Shown: positions 1 to 14,477, counted from the first letter of the stretch. The stretch: 64,000 nt of DNA from Eledone cirrhosa (GCA_964016885.1 OZ024742.1:201190001-201254000); one strand, 5' to 3'. The notes: generated by a model not told the origin, from the sequence alone. Translations and numbers: made by a program.

Positions 1-392
<392 letters not shown>

Positions 393-433
393 AGAATTCA
401 CAGGGATCAAAGTTATGTTCAAACCATTTATTA

Positions 434-478
434 GCTTACAATTGTTTCATCCAAACCGAGGCTTGGTGTCTTCGGAGC
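434..478 (-). ncRNA. Minimal hammerhead ribozyme-like motif, variant core CCGAAGA
   Basis: gct-CCGAAGA-ca ccaagc ctcg gtttgg at-GAAA-caatt-GUA-agc; palindromic stem III acaattgt. Confidence 0.65.
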
Positions 479-720
479 ATTTTTCAATGTTTGTATACAT
501 ACATGACCTCCTTTCCAACGCAAGAGACATACAGATACATATGTATATATTGATGTACAGTGGGGTGACATATATTATATTATTTCTGAATGGCAATTTA
601 AATTCAAAAATTAAAATCATATTAAAACAGAATTAAAGCAAAATTAAAATTAAAATACAACATCGGCAGTTAACGTAGTAATGCAAGAGGATACTTTGTT
701 AGTCAGTTGTAGTAGTTATA

Positions 721-1235
721 GTTACACAATTTATTAGGTGGTTTGTACGATGTAGCCTTACCTATCACTTCCCATTTAAGTGTATAAGATCTATTTTTAG
801 TTTTTAGATAGTATATATAGCTAGATAGTGAAGTGGAGTTGGCTAGACTGCGTTTTTTGAAAGAATGGAGTGCGATTGTATCTGGTTTTGAAGCAGTTTG
901 AAGTAGAGCCTATATAGATTTCAGAAGAGTTGTTAGTTGTGACGGTGCATGTGTATATGATATCCTTGATTAAGCATTTTTTATCTAAAGGGCAGGTTCT
1001 ATTAGATCTACAGTTACAATTATTTTGGATGTTAGCCTGCTGGTTATTATGTTGTGTAGAGGTCTGGATGGTAGCTGTTGCATAGGAAGTGATAGGTAAG
1101 GCGACATCGTACAAACCACCTAATAAATTTTGTAACCTCTGTCTACTAGAGACCCATACTATTATCTTCTCAAACCATAGCCTCCTTAATAAAAAAAATC
1201 GGAGTGTTCGCGTCATGCCAGCACTGCTTCCGACA
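721..1235. pseudogene. PLE GIY-YIG endonuclease remnant split by an inversion (N-part on - strand 721-1080, C-part on + strand 1085-1235)
   Basis: Minus strand CNCRSNRTCPLDKKCLIKDIIYTCTV...YIGSTSNCFKTRY...STSLSSYIYYLKTKNRSYTLKWEVIGKATSY; plus strand EVIGKATSYKPPNKFCNLCLLETHTIIFSNHSLLNKK; ~50 bp duplicated in inverted form at the junction. Confidence 0.85.
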
Positions 1236-2762
1236 CTCCTTCCAAAACTTTAAACCCAATATAGAGCAATGTCAGGCTTGAACCCATCACCACTTTTAGC
1301 AACACACCTCAAGGGCACACCTTACACCACAACTCCACACTCAATGATCCACCCTATCTTAACATAATTCGTGCCATCTATCTAAAACCTTTTACCCTAG
1401 AAATATCCCCATGTACACCTACTTTTAGTATAATTACTTTCAATTACTTAGACTGTATTATATCACTATATAATTATATGTAAACTTTAAACACCGAATT
1501 CAGCAATGCATTATTTGTGCAAATGTTGTTGTATGTATTGAGTGCTATCATTAGATAAATAGAGGATTAATTTATTAACATAAAAGAGCTGTATAACCTA
1601 TATGTTGAGTACAATGAATTATGTACAAGTGGTATGTGAGTTATACATACATGTATAACTTGATAGATAGATTAATGACATTGTAAGTGAGAAATGTTTT
1701 TTGGTTTACCCTAGAGATATTTAACTTTGCCATGCAATCAGCCACACGCTGACCCAGAGCTTACCAGGGGTTATATAGACGTGGTTCTAATAGGGCCCCT
1801 GACAGGTTCTGTGAGTAGACTACATTTACAAAGAACTTTGATATGTAGATCTGACTCTTCGTATGGAATATTCAGCTGTAGCACTCTATGATAGGAAGTA
1901 ATCATTCTAATATAGATACCTTTAGTACTTCATGATAGAGTAGACTGTAATTAAAGATAGGATACTTAAATTTGGAAATTGTATATAACCGTATATATAA
2001 GGGACTCAATTGAGACACCTTTTAATGTATGTTGGAATAATAAATTTAGTTATAGAAATCAGCTAGTTACCTCCCCTCACGCATTAACTTCCCTTAATCA
2101 CACACATACTTCCGGATAATAAAACGATGTAAATTCTCGCAACAGAAACAACCTGCTCTATAAAATTGGATTAAAGAACACTGAGCCGCAACAAGCTATA
2201 ATAATTTAACTTAATACATCAAACATCCAATACGGAATCATCGTTAATTATGTGAAGGACATATAAGCTATATATTACGTTTCCTGAATTGTGAAAATGG
2301 TGGTGTATACAAAAACCATAACATTATTTTGCTTCTCATTTATACTATTTCTCTGCACACAAGCTTCTTTACCATACACAAAAAATACCTTACCACTACA
2401 ACCTCCATAATACTCTTGATTACCCGTTTAAAGTGCTTGTATTGCATATAACACCCTGCCGCACAATAATCATATATAAATAAGACACACATGCATGCCC
2501 CACGTGTAACTAATGCATACAATAACTACTACAACTGACTAACAAACTATCCTCTTGCATTACTACGTTAACTGCCGATGTTGTATTTTTATTTTAATTT
2601 TGCTTTGATTCTGTTTTAATATGATTTTAATTTTTGAATTTAAATTGCCATTCAGAAATAATATAATATATGTCACTCCACTGTACATCAATATATACAT
2701 ATGTATCTGTATGTCTCTTGCGTTGGAAAGGAGGTCATGTATGTATACAAACATTGAAAAAT

Positions 2763-2807
2763 GCTCCGAAGACACCAAGCCTCGGTTTGGATGAAACAAT
2801 TTTAAGC
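2763..2807 (+). ncRNA. Hammerhead-like motif of the same family (GUA mutated to UUA)
   Basis: gctccgaagacaccaagcctcggtttggatgaaacaattttaagc. Confidence 0.55.
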
Positions 2808-3011
2808 TAATAAATGGTTTGAACATAACTTTGATTCCTGTGAATTCTATATAACTGCTCTGTAGAACAACTGATGTTATTACATTGAGCTATTTATCTT
2901 ACTGGTAATAAGGTAGTAAAAAATTACCGTCTTTCACTGTTTAGGGTTTAAAATATATATAACTATAAAAAGTTTTAGTATATACATAACCATAAATAGT
3001 ATCCTTAATAC

Positions 3012-3154
<143 letters not shown>

Positions 3155-3179
3155 GTGTGTGTATGTGAATGTGTCTGTT

Positions 3180-3568
3180 GACACCTGGAATATAGCTTAA
3201 GAGAAACATGACAATAATGATAGGCACCCGATATTTTGAACTGGTTTATAGAATTCTCTTGGCATTGGTCACTCTAAGTAGAGATTTAAAGAATTAGCTT
3301 TTAAAGAATTTCCCTTTTCTTTAAATCCATCAACCATGCCCGACCCCCAACCATCTTATAGACACCTGAAATATAGGCATTGTTAGCTTAAGTGAAACTT
3401 AAAAATAAGGAGTGGCACGCGAATTTAAACTTGTTTATAGAATTCTTTCTGCCTTTGTTACTCTAAATATAAATTATAGCTTTACAGAATTAGCTTTTAA
3501 TGAATTCCCTTTTCTTTCAAACAATGACCTCTACCCATCCCACTCCATACCCTCTCCTACCACCTGAA
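3180..3568. repeat. Diverged ~185-bp tandem duplication
   Basis: acacctg..atata..agcttaag.gaaac...gtttatagaattct...gaattagctttt...cccttttcttt occurs twice (3180-3360, 3361-3568). Confidence 0.7.
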
Positions 3569-3663
3569 AAGATATAAATACGACAACTCATCTATATTAA
3601 AACTTTTATACTCCGCTATGTATTGAGTACCTTACTTACTGTTGTTACCTCGGATTCAACCTG

Positions 3664-3703
<40 letters not shown>

Positions 3704-3705
<2 letters not shown>

Positions 3706-4015
3706 GATGTTAACAAATGGAAACTATATTTATAAAACCATATTTATTTCATTATACATATTTCAAGGACACCAAGTTAAATTATGGTGTGCTTTCATCA
3801 GATAAAATATAATATAGATCAGTTTTATAAATATCCGGGAGCTTCCAACAGTAATGGTTGCATTCTTTAAGGGTATGTCAATATTTATTTATAAAACTGA
3901 TCTATATTATATTTTATCTGATGAAAGCACACCATAATTTAACTTGGTGTCCTTGAAATATGTATAATGAAATAAATATGGTTTTATAAATATAGTTTCC
4001 ATTTGTTAATATCGT
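3704..4015. repeat. Fold-back inverted repeat (130-bp arms) with an HHR in each arm
   Basis: 3704-3833 is the reverse complement of 3886-4015. Confidence 0.9.
3910..3974 (+). ncRNA. Type-I hammerhead ribozyme (mirror copy on - strand at 3745-3809)
   Basis: tattttat-CTGATGA-aagcacacca taatttaact tggtgtcctt-GAAA-tatgt-ATA-atgaaata; stems I and II pair. Confidence 0.75.
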
Positions 4016-4102
4016 ATTTTTACTCCAAATATTTGTTGAGTGCTTTATATCAGTTATAAAAATATTTGCTTGTTGTATCCCAACAATTTAAATAGAACTT
4101 TT

Positions 4103-4179
<77 letters not shown>

Positions 4180-4219
4180 CACATATATACATATATACAC
4201 ATATATACATATACATATA

Positions 4220-4302
<83 letters not shown>

Positions 4303-4969
4303 TAAGTATGAGAGTGAAAAATGAAATTTAGTTTCATTTTTTCCATATATATATATACATATAAATATGCATATATAAAAATGTATAAATATCTATATAG
4401 AGAGGGATGTATGTATGTGATGGTTATTGGATATATGCATTGGTATATATATAAGCTGTGCTTTTGTGTAGTTTTACATATTTGTTCATTAATCTTGGAT
4501 GTAGATTTTCTATTTGATTTCGTGCTCATCTTAATCAATATTCAAGTTTGAAGCCTCAAATAATCCCACAGCACCAATACATCCACTACCAACAAGACCG
4601 ATAAGAGTAACACATTGGGGCCTTTGCTGGCCTTGTGCCAAATGTAGAAATAATTATTATCGTTGTTATTAGAGTGGAGGATGAATGAAATGGTAGAGCG
4701 TCAGATAATATGCCACATTTTAATTTTCCGGGTCTCTAAATTCTTCAAATCACACAGAGGTCATCATTTTGCCTTCATAAAATAAAATACCAGTCAAATA
4801 CTGAGGTGGAATTCATAAAGTTTTCCCAGCCTCAAGTTGTCTGCATTATGTCTAAATTTGAAAAGAATACTATTGATGTTGTGTTGCTGTTGAGGTTGTT
4901 TTGTTATTATACACACACAGAGACACACAGAGACACACAGAGACACACAGAGACACACAGAGACACACA

Positions 4970-5079
<110 letters not shown>

Positions 5080-5099
5080 TATATATATGATGTGGTTCT

Positions 5100-5460
5100 A
5101 GAACGTTGAGAGCTTTTCGTCCAATTAACACAGTCAAGAGACTTATGACTGACAAACGACTCAGCGACCGTATCTGTATCAGTGAGCTGCTCAACATAAC
5201 AAGACTTAGACCAATCACATCAATTGTCAAATCAAGTGTACTCAAACTATACGGTTATATAAAAAGATCAATTCGTGGTGTGAATAGGTTATGCCTGGAA
5301 GGAAGGTTGGCTGGTAGGAGAAGCAGTGGCCGACAGCCAAAACGATGGCTTGACAACGTCAACTTATGGACTGGATTTGATCTTTGTTCTTTGAACTCTG
5401 CTGCTGGTGATGGATCTTTGTGGAGAAAAATATCTCATGTTGATGTGCAGTCTGCAACTG
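5100..5460 (+). mobile_element. 3' fragment of a non-LTR retrotransposon (RTE-like ORF C-terminus)
   Basis: ISELLNITRLRPITSIVKSSVLKLYGYIKR...LCLEGRLAGRRSSGRQPKRWLDNV matches the RTE C-terminal R-GRP-RW-D motif. Confidence 0.75.
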
Positions 5461-5760
5461 GCCTTCATCCTTACGGGATCGATAAAATAAAGCACCAGTA
5501 ATGCCCTGGGGTGATTGCTGACCTTGCCCCAAAATTAGAAACCATTATTATTGTTGAGGTTGGTGGATTGATAGCATCGGCAGAGCGTCGGACACCATGC
5601 TTTGCAGCATAGAGTTACACCCCTTTACGATCTGAGTTCCACCCACCGAGGTAAGCTTTGCTTTTCAGCCTTACGGGGACGATAAAATAAAACACTGGGG
5701 TCAATTCAATCCACTTTCCCCTCATCCAAATTGCTGGCCTTTTGCCTATAGAAAAAATCG
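5461..5760 (+). mobile_element. tRNA-derived SINE copies with a Nin/Deu-like domain (partial plus near-full)
   Basis: gcctt(t)catccttacggg..cgataaaataaagcaccag motif; tRNA-like head at ~5560. Confidence 0.7.
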
Positions 5761-6054
5761 TAATATAGTAATAAGAAGAATAACATCAATATGAAAAATA
5801 GAATCATGTCTTCTGAACAAATATGGAAAAATGAATGGAGATGGCCACTTCTGGAATGCTTTGATCCTAAATCTTCTTTGTCAGGATTTTGAGGCCTGCC
5901 TAAAGTAAGATATTTGCCAAGGACTACAACAATAGTAAGAACAGATAATGTATAAAATATTAACAGCAACAACAACAACAGCAACAACAGCAACAGCAGC
6001 AACAACAACAACAGCAACATCATTAACAATAACAAACGTGTCAATAATGATTTC

Positions 6055-6262
6055 TAATATAGGCACAAGGCCAGTAATTTGGAGGAGAGGAAAGTCGATT
6101 AAATCGATGCCAGTGCATTACTGGTACTTTATTTTATCGACCCCGTAAGGATGAAAGGCAAAGTTAACCTCGGTGGGATTTGAACTCAGACCGTAAAGGA
6201 CCGTAACTCTATGCTGCAAAGTATGTCCTGCCGCCTGCCGATACTGCCAAATCCACCGCCCT
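6055..6262 (-). mobile_element. tRNA-derived Nin/Deu-type SINE
   Basis: Reverse complement ggcggtggatttggcagtatcggcaggcgg...gagttcaaatcccaccgaggttaactttgcctttcatccttacggggtcgataaaataaagtaccag. Confidence 0.75.
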
Positions 6263-6274
6263 CCAAACGTGTCC

Positions 6275-7720
6275 ATAAGAATAGCAGTAACAGCAACAGT
6301 AAGATAAATATCAGCAACAGCAATAACAACAACAAAGTCAGTGACGTCAACAACAGCAGCCACAACAATAACAACAACAAAGTCAGTGACGTCAACAACA
6401 GCAGCCACAGCAATATCAACAACAATAACAGCAATAGCAGCTGTAACAACAACAACAGCTGCAACGATAAGAGCAACGATGACAAGAACACCAATAACAA
6501 CAAAATGATAATTATCAACTGGAACAACAACAACAGCAACAACAACAACAACAACTACAACAGTAACAACGACACCACCACCGCCACCATCACCACCAAC
6601 AACAACAACAACAACTACAACAGTAACAACGACACCACCGCCGCCGCCATCATCACCACCACCACCACCAACAACAACTACAACAGTAAGCACACCACCA
6701 TCAACAGCAACTACAACAACAACAACAGTAATAACAACACCACCACCCACAACAACAACAATAACCACAGTGAAGTGCTATGGAAGGGGTTATCGTCATT
6801 TTGAAAGCATTATTAAATCGTTTTCTATGAAACATTATCGACTTGGTCATGTAACATCTGGTACTTTCACAAGACTTGCCAGATCAATACCATAAGACTT
6901 ATTGAACAGTCAATGATGAAGCGCTTGGTAATGGAGGGTAAAAGTTGGGCATACGGTGGTATTGAACCTAGAACAGTGGTAGTGGTGGTGGTGGTGGTGG
7001 TGGTGGTGGTAGTGGTGGTGGTGGTGGTGGCGGTGGTGGTAGTGGTGGTGGTGGTGGTGGTGGTGGTGGTGGTGATGGTAGTGGTGGTAGTGATGGTGGT
7101 ATTGATCGTGTTGGGTTGGTGTTAATGGTGGTGGTGGTAGTGATGGCGGTGGTGGAGGTGGTGGTGGTGGTGGGGGTGGAGGTGATGGTGGAGGTGGAGG
7201 TGATGGTGGTAGTGATAGAGTTGGTAGGCTAGTGGTAGTGATCGTGTTGGGTTGGTGTTAATGGTGGTGGTGGTAATGGTTGTACTGGTAATAGTTTGGG
7301 TGTTGGTCAAGGGGTGGGTTATAGTGATACTGGTGGTGGTTTGTGGTAGTGTTGGAAGGTTAGTGGTAGTGGTGGTAGTAGGATGGTGGTAATGGTTGTA
7401 GTGGTGAGGGTAGTCGTGAGGGAGTTAGTGGTGAATTTTGTGGTCGGGTTGTGGCAGAGATGATTTTGTGGTTGTGGTTGTGGTAGTGGGCGTGGTGTGG
7501 TGGTGGTTATTGTGGGAGTGTATGCGGCGGTGGTGGTAAAGTTTCAAATGGTGGTGGGAGTGTTGGTAATGGTGCTAGTGTTGGTGTGGTAGTATAAATG
7601 TAGTGGTAGTGCTTTGGTGGTGTGGTGGTTGCGACGGTGATGATGTTGGAGTTGGTAATGGTGGTGGTGCTTGTGGTCGTGCTGGTGATGCTGCTGTTGT
7701 GATTGTGGTGGTTGTGGATT
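6275..7720. repeat. Degenerate (AAC)n/(ACC)n then (GGT)n trinucleotide tracts
   Basis: Direct reading; source of the poly-N/V/L ORFs. Confidence 0.9.
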
Positions 7721-8214
7721 GCTTGAAGTTTAAAATTCAAAGCAGATTGATGAGGGCGGATAGGTGATACGAGTCTAGGGAACAAAGTACCATAATTACC
7801 CTACTGCTACTTCATAAATCAATTTGGATGAGACAACAATTGGATGAGACACAAAGTTGACTTCAGTTTTATGAAGTCAGAGCACAGAGACCCATCTTGA
7901 ATACTAGAACGGGATGTAGTGTGGTGAATGTGTAGGAGGAAAACATCACAAGTACTTGACTTCTACTTATTTTTTATAGACTTTTATGAACTCAACACGT
8001 AAAGATCTGGAATGACCATCGCAACGCATTCTATCTGACATCCTAACGATTCGACTCTTCCTAATCCCTGCTTATGTGAACAAAACTTTGGCATGGCCGT
8101 TCAGCCCCTAATGAAGTCATAGAGGCAGCGTAGTGATATAGGGCGTAGTTTTAGATATAGAAACTTGGTGGAGTTTATTCCTCATTAGGTCTAAACACTT
8201 CGAGGGAAAAGGGA

Positions 8215-8448
<234 letters not shown>

Positions 8449-8975
8449 AGTGAGTTCATCGGATTCCAGTACTGGCGCTTTAGTATGGTATTCAATCTCA
8501 TATCGTTTTTGATTGATTTGGTGCACATATCGCAGCTATTCATATGTTTTAAACATTAGATAACGATTGCTGATGAATATTGTGAACAAATAAAAGAGAT
8601 ATAAAAGAGAGATGTTTATTGGTTGGTTCCTTCGCGTATCACACGAAAAAAACGAAGTGACAATCGGAAAGTATGTACAGGATTGGGATATGTGTATATC
8701 CAGGACAGTTTATTGATACTAATTTTATAACACCAAAGAAGAAGAAAGTCATACCACGTATGCTAACCAACCTGACTGCTATTTCTAGCAGGTTGGGAAT
8801 CAACCATAAGGGATTCTCTCTCGAGTTCGTTGGCAGTGATGATCGTGTTTCGCGGCCTATGTCTCCGATTCCAACGGTGGTTTACACACACGTACGCACA
8901 CGCACACGCACACACATGAATACTCACACAGGCAGACACACGAACACTCACACAGGCACACACACACACATACAC

Positions 8976-9018
<43 letters not shown>

Positions 9019-9162
9019 CACACACACGAACCCTCACACACACACACATATATATATATACACAAACACACACACAATACACGCACACTGTAAAACTGTA
9101 AACAAGACAATGCATTCAATACAGACGTTTTCTCTTCTGCCGGTCTTCTCTTATCATTTGTT

Positions 9163-9193
9163 AACCCTAGCGAAGCTGGGTACCTCAGCTAGT
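9163..9193 (+). mobile_element. Possible Helitron-like 3' terminus
   Basis: Subterminal hairpin ccctagcgaagctggg followed by tacctcag-CTAG-t. Confidence 0.4.
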
Positions 9194-9434
9194 ACATTAT
9201 AAAAGGCAAAGTTCACCTTGATGCATTTCAACTCAAAGCGCAGAGAGCCAAAATATATTCTATTCTATGCAATTTTATTCATCACGATTCTTTCAAATCC
9301 TACGCTCTCACACCATGATTTTTCCAAATCTTCACTATGTAAATATAAACAATTATATATTTAAATATACCGGGGAGCAGTCGAAGCACTAATATTATGG
9401 CACGATTCAGAATAGATGCGTATATGGAAGCCTA

Positions 9435-10183
9435 TACGTTGTCTGTTGAAAAAGTAGCAGATTATTTCCCCATAGAAAGTAATGGCGTTAAGGAGATAAA
9501 TATCTGCAGAGTGCAATCGGCTACATGCAAGCATATGAGTGGTTTTGATGAACTCGTTTGATGTGTCAGTCAATGTCAGGTAGTCAGCGTATTTTTATTT
9601 CGCCCAATACTGTCAACAAGGATTCTGAGTTCCCGAAGACAGTGACACCTGAAAATGAATATAACTCGTAATCCCAAACTTAGTAGAAACATTCGACGTC
9701 GCCAAGGTCTCACAAACACTTCAACTGTGGGGAGAAATCAACTGTTTTCTGTGACTAACGAGATGATATGTGTTACGTGTAGGCACCGGAAAGACAAAGA
9801 GTTGCAAAGGAGATTATCAGGAAGCACTCTCAGTCGTACCCATGATGCTCTTCGCCACAAGAACTGGTAGGTAACTGTATCATTAACATGCTTCGGCTCA
9901 TCTCTGCTGATCTAAGGTTGCTTTGTAAACATTTCGTTAATTCACCAGGCCCTCTACTCGCTATCCCAAATATGAAGGTACCACATACAGGCTCCCGATT
10001 TCAGAGCCACGAGGACATCATCTATAATGCAATGGCAGAACTGAGAACTATTCCAGACCTTCTGGAAACAATGGAACAACCTGCTAAAGATCAAGGAGTA
10101 TACTTCAAAGGAGATTAGAACCGGAACCCCATCAAGTACGTAATGTTTTTACCAGCCTTAAATAATCTTTGACAGAACCAGTA
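9435..10183 (+). mobile_element. Decayed mariner-type DNA transposon
   Basis: KVPHTGSRFQSHEDIIYNAMAELRTIP...DQGVYFKGD* resembles a mariner C-terminus; degenerate TA-flanked TIR-like ends tacgttgtctgttgaaaaag / ctttgacagaaccagta. Confidence 0.6.
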
Positions 10184-10202
10184 AAATATGTTTATGTATG
10201 AT

Positions 10203-10254
<52 letters not shown>

Positions 10255-10279
10255 GCACGCACACCAACAAACAAACACA

Positions 10280-10403
<124 letters not shown>

Positions 10404-11132
10404 GATATATATATAATAATACAAGGATGATTTGTCAAGCCTTCATTATGTTTATTGATTGGTGACGCGCGTATCGCTATTGATCAGCTCAAGGTTCGAT
10501 CTGTATCGATTTGGCCCGACTCTGGAATTAAAAGCTCGTCGGACCTCTCCTGTTGTAATGACAGAATAACAACTCCCTAGATATGTATATATATATATAT
10601 ATCTCGGTTGAGAACTTATTCGATTTGTGCTATTTATGCTATTTTTCACATGATTTTACTGAATTACTTTGCCAAAATCTGGGGTTATTCCCCTTGTGAT
10701 TTCCACACGTGGTTTAACTTACCACCGTGTCATTCACTTATTTGGTACAGAGCGAAATACCTGTTGATAACGTGATATTCCTTGTTCGATCATTATACCC
10801 AAAGCTTATATTTTTAAGCAGACTGTATTTTGATTTAGGTGTCACAGAAACTTTACATCGGATTTTAACAGCAATTCCGGGAGTCCAGGTCTGGTTATCA
10901 TTTATTTATTATCATTTATTTTGTTTTGACCTGTTTAACTTGATTTGGTTTTTGGCTTGGGTGGTTAATGCCTTCTTGACCACCATTTCAGTTTTGTATG
11001 GCTTCTTAACACATTGTTTAGCTCTGGTTTTTAACTATTGAGCACTTTACCAGTATCATTTCTGATTTTTGCGTTTCGCTTCGCTTTTCCTGCCCGCCGA
11101 ATGCGATTCTCGCTGAATCTTTATTTGTGTAT

Positions 11133-11433
11133 ATAAACGGAAAAAATGAAACGAAATTTCCTTTCCCACTCTTAGTACGGCTGTTACTTAAATATAAGTA
11201 TGTACACGTACATACATATATATATACAGACGTGTACACGTACATACATATATGTATACAGACGTACAGTAGTATGTATATATATATACATACTACTGTA
11301 CGTCTGTATACATATATGTATGTACGTGTACACGTCTGTATATATATATGTATGTACGTGTACATACTTATATTTAAGTAACAGCTGTGCGAAGAGTGGG
11401 AAATGAAATTTCGTTTCATTTTTTTCTGTTTAT
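11133..11433. repeat. ~300-bp near-perfect palindrome
   Basis: Arms mirror around an (AT)n centre at ~11282. Confidence 0.9.
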
Positions 11434-11542
11434 CGTTTTCGGTGCACCCGGCCGATTAACCCACTCGATATGCAAATTGGGCTACTCAGCCGTTAATATG
11501 CATAAGGTAAGTATATACATTCACAATCTGGTAGGAAGGTAT

Positions 11543-11585
11543 ACGTTGCTGACGATAGCTAATAAGCTTGAAACTAGTACAGCGT
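11543..11585 (+). ncRNA. Minimal type-I hammerhead ribozyme
   Basis: acgttg-CTGACGA-tagct aata agctt-GAAA-cta-GTA-cagcgt; palindromic stem III actagt. Confidence 0.85.
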
Positions 11586-11790
11586 TCCTTTGTCAGTGTT
11601 GAACAAATGAGCAACGATGGTTGCTAGACACTACGGCTTAATACGGGATGTTTGTTTACACTCACACCGAGCATTATAATAAATGTTCGGTGAATCCATA
11701 CGTACATATATATATATGTGTGCATGTATGTATATATATATACATACTACTGTACGTCTGTATACATATATGTATGTACGTGTACATACT

Positions 11791-11844
<54 letters not shown>

Positions 11845-11885
11845 AAAGGTAAACAGAAATAACAACACAATCGGTACAGTATACA

Positions 11886-13595
11886 GAATAACTTTTTTTA
11901 CCGCCCTTTATCCCCGACCCCACTCTTGGCTACCAACAACTCGTGTCCTCCACCATCCACGAGCTCATCTCCTACTCTCACCTACCCCCCACAGCCACCA
12001 ACCTTATTGTACGCACCCCCCGCATACCCACGATCTACTTCCTCCCCAAAATACACAAACAAAATAATCCTGGCCGTCCTATCGTTTCTGCGTGCAACTG
12101 CCCCACCGAGATAATTTCTGAATATTTAGACCCCATCCTCGCCTCGTTGGTCGGCAATCTACCCTCCCACATCAACGATACAAATCATGCCCTTAGACTC
12201 TTTCTCCTTCCCTCCTGGTCCCTCCCGCGTTCTCTTTACCCTGGACATCACCTCTCTCTATACCGTTATCCCTCATGATGACGTCCTCCGCGCTCTCCAG
12301 CATTTTTTTAGATTTACGCCCTACCCCTTAACGCAGCACTACCACTCTTATCCGCCTGGCTGAGCTTGTTCTCACCCTGAAGGGATTTTCTTTTTGGGGT
12401 GAATTTTACCAGCAGGTCTCTGGGGTAGCGATGGGAACCAGAATGGGCCCAAACTATGCCAACTGTGTTGGCTACATCGAAGCCCAGATCTTCTCCCAGT
12501 ACGCTGGACCGACTCCTGAGCTACACGGTGGTTATATCGACGACTGTATCGGCGCCACCTCTCTATGAAGAGAACAACTCGACTGTTTTCTTTCTTTTAT
12601 CCAATCTTTCCATCCTGCTCTCAATTTCACCGCCTCTGTCTCCGATTCTTCTGTCGCTTTTCTAGATCTCTCTCTATCTATTAATCACTCTCACCACACT
12701 CTCTCTACTTCCGTCTACATTAAATCAACAGACTCCCAATCTTATCTCGACTTCACCTCCTCCCATCCAACCCACACCAAACACTCCGTAGCCTATTCCC
12801 AATTCCTCCGTCTTCGTTGGCTCTGTAGCCAGGACGATGATTTTGAAACCCATTCCCTTCGCATGGCTTCATGATTCATCCAGCGTGGATATCCCCTCAC
12901 CTTTATCCAAGCTGCTCTCACCCACGCCCTTGAAACAGACCACACCACAACCCTCTCACCTCATCCCCACCCTCCCAACACCCGTGTTCCTTTCCCTCTC
13001 ACCTACCACCCCATCACCCTACCACTCCGGCGACATATCCTCTGTTCCTTCCGTATCCTCTCTTCTGGCCCCGTCACTTCTCGCTTTTTTCCAAACGCAC
13101 TCATTACTGCTTTTAAGCGCGCCCGAAGCCTCCGCGACTTCCTGGTTCGCAGTTCTTTTTCGTCCTCTCCGACGACTCCACACGGCTCTCATCCTTGTTT
13201 CCGTTCCCGTTGCAGCACTTGTCCCTTTATTTCCACCCTCACCACTCTTACAGACCCTACATGTCTTCCGTATCCGCCATTCCTTCACCTTCACAACCAC
13301 CCACGTTGTCTATGCCCTCCGGTGTTCCCTTTGCGGGTCTTTATATATTGGACAAACGGGACGCCGTATGGCAGACTGTTTTGCCGAACATTTGAGGAAC
13401 ATACGACTCCGTTTAGATACTCCTGTCGCCCGTCATTTCTGTTCTCCTGGTCATTCTTCCCTACATGTTTCAGTCATTTGTGTCCTTTTACATCATGGAT
13501 CACAGGCCTCGCACACCAGGACTGAACAAAGTCTGATTCACCGCCTTGGGTCCTATTCCCTTCTTGGACTCAACTTATCTCCCCAATTTCTCTAA
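11886..13595 (+). pseudogene. PLE reverse transcriptase plus GIY-YIG endonuclease, frameshifted
   Basis: Conserved PLE RT motifs spread over several frames; GIY-YIG motif at ~13300-13400. Confidence 0.9.
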
Positions 13596-14022
13596 TATCC
13601 CGTCCATTATCACACCTCTAGATTCCTATCGCTTTCTCTTGATCATGCAGCTTCTCTTATTACTAATACATGCCGATACACACCCTTATATTAACATACT
13701 TTTGCTCATAGCTTCGTACTTACATGCACACACACACTCTTTTACTCACATATACACGCAAATTTATTCTTAGCTTCGTGTGGACCTATAATAATACACA
13801 CACACACAAACTCATGCTTACGCTTTTTACAAAACGTTTTTTTTTTCATTTCAGGTAGACTCGCGCCATTATCCACTTTTCTAAAAAACAAATCATACAC
13901 AAAACACCAGCACCAACAGTTTTGCAAGAGAAGTCAACATGAATGGACCTGTTATTTTTATCTAAAGAGATTTTTCCAATTCCATCCCGCCCGTCCCCTC
14001 AATCTATTTTATTTATCATTCT

Positions 14023-14059
14023 TTCTTCAGATGAAGGACTAGCGTCCGAAACGTTAAGA
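14023..14059 (+). ncRNA. Minimal HHR in the PLE pLTR (core mutated to CAGAUGA)
   Basis: ttctt-CAGATGA-a ggac tagc gtcc-GAAA-cg-TTA-aga; the copy at 58551 has the intact CTGATGA core. Confidence 0.7.
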
Positions 14060-14477
14060 CCCTCTTCCTGGTATATCAAGCGTTAACCTAATATATACTT
14101 TCCATATTCTGTACCGATTGTGTTGTTATTTCTGTTTACCTTTTACATATATATATATATATACCTTACCTCCTCCCGCCCCTTATCATTTATCACTAGT
14201 CTTTATTCTTTTTCTTCTTCCTCCTCCTCCTCCTTTTAGATCTTCTTTCCCTGCTTCTACACCATCTTCTTTTCCCTCTTCTCCGCCATCCCCTTGTTCA
14301 CCTTTTTCACTCTCCTCCATCAAGTGACTTTCTTTTTCTCCCCTCTCCTCTTTTCTTTTGCCCATCCACCACCACCACCACTAGATACCTGCACCATTAT
14401 GCACCACCCTCAAATAACAGCCGACGGACACCTATAAATCCCCCGTCTATTTCACACTCTCACCCTAGTACCTTCAA

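Noticed and set aside
5800-5915. Possible exon with gtaaga donor or tttag acceptor
   Set aside because: No recognisable peptide and no partner splice site
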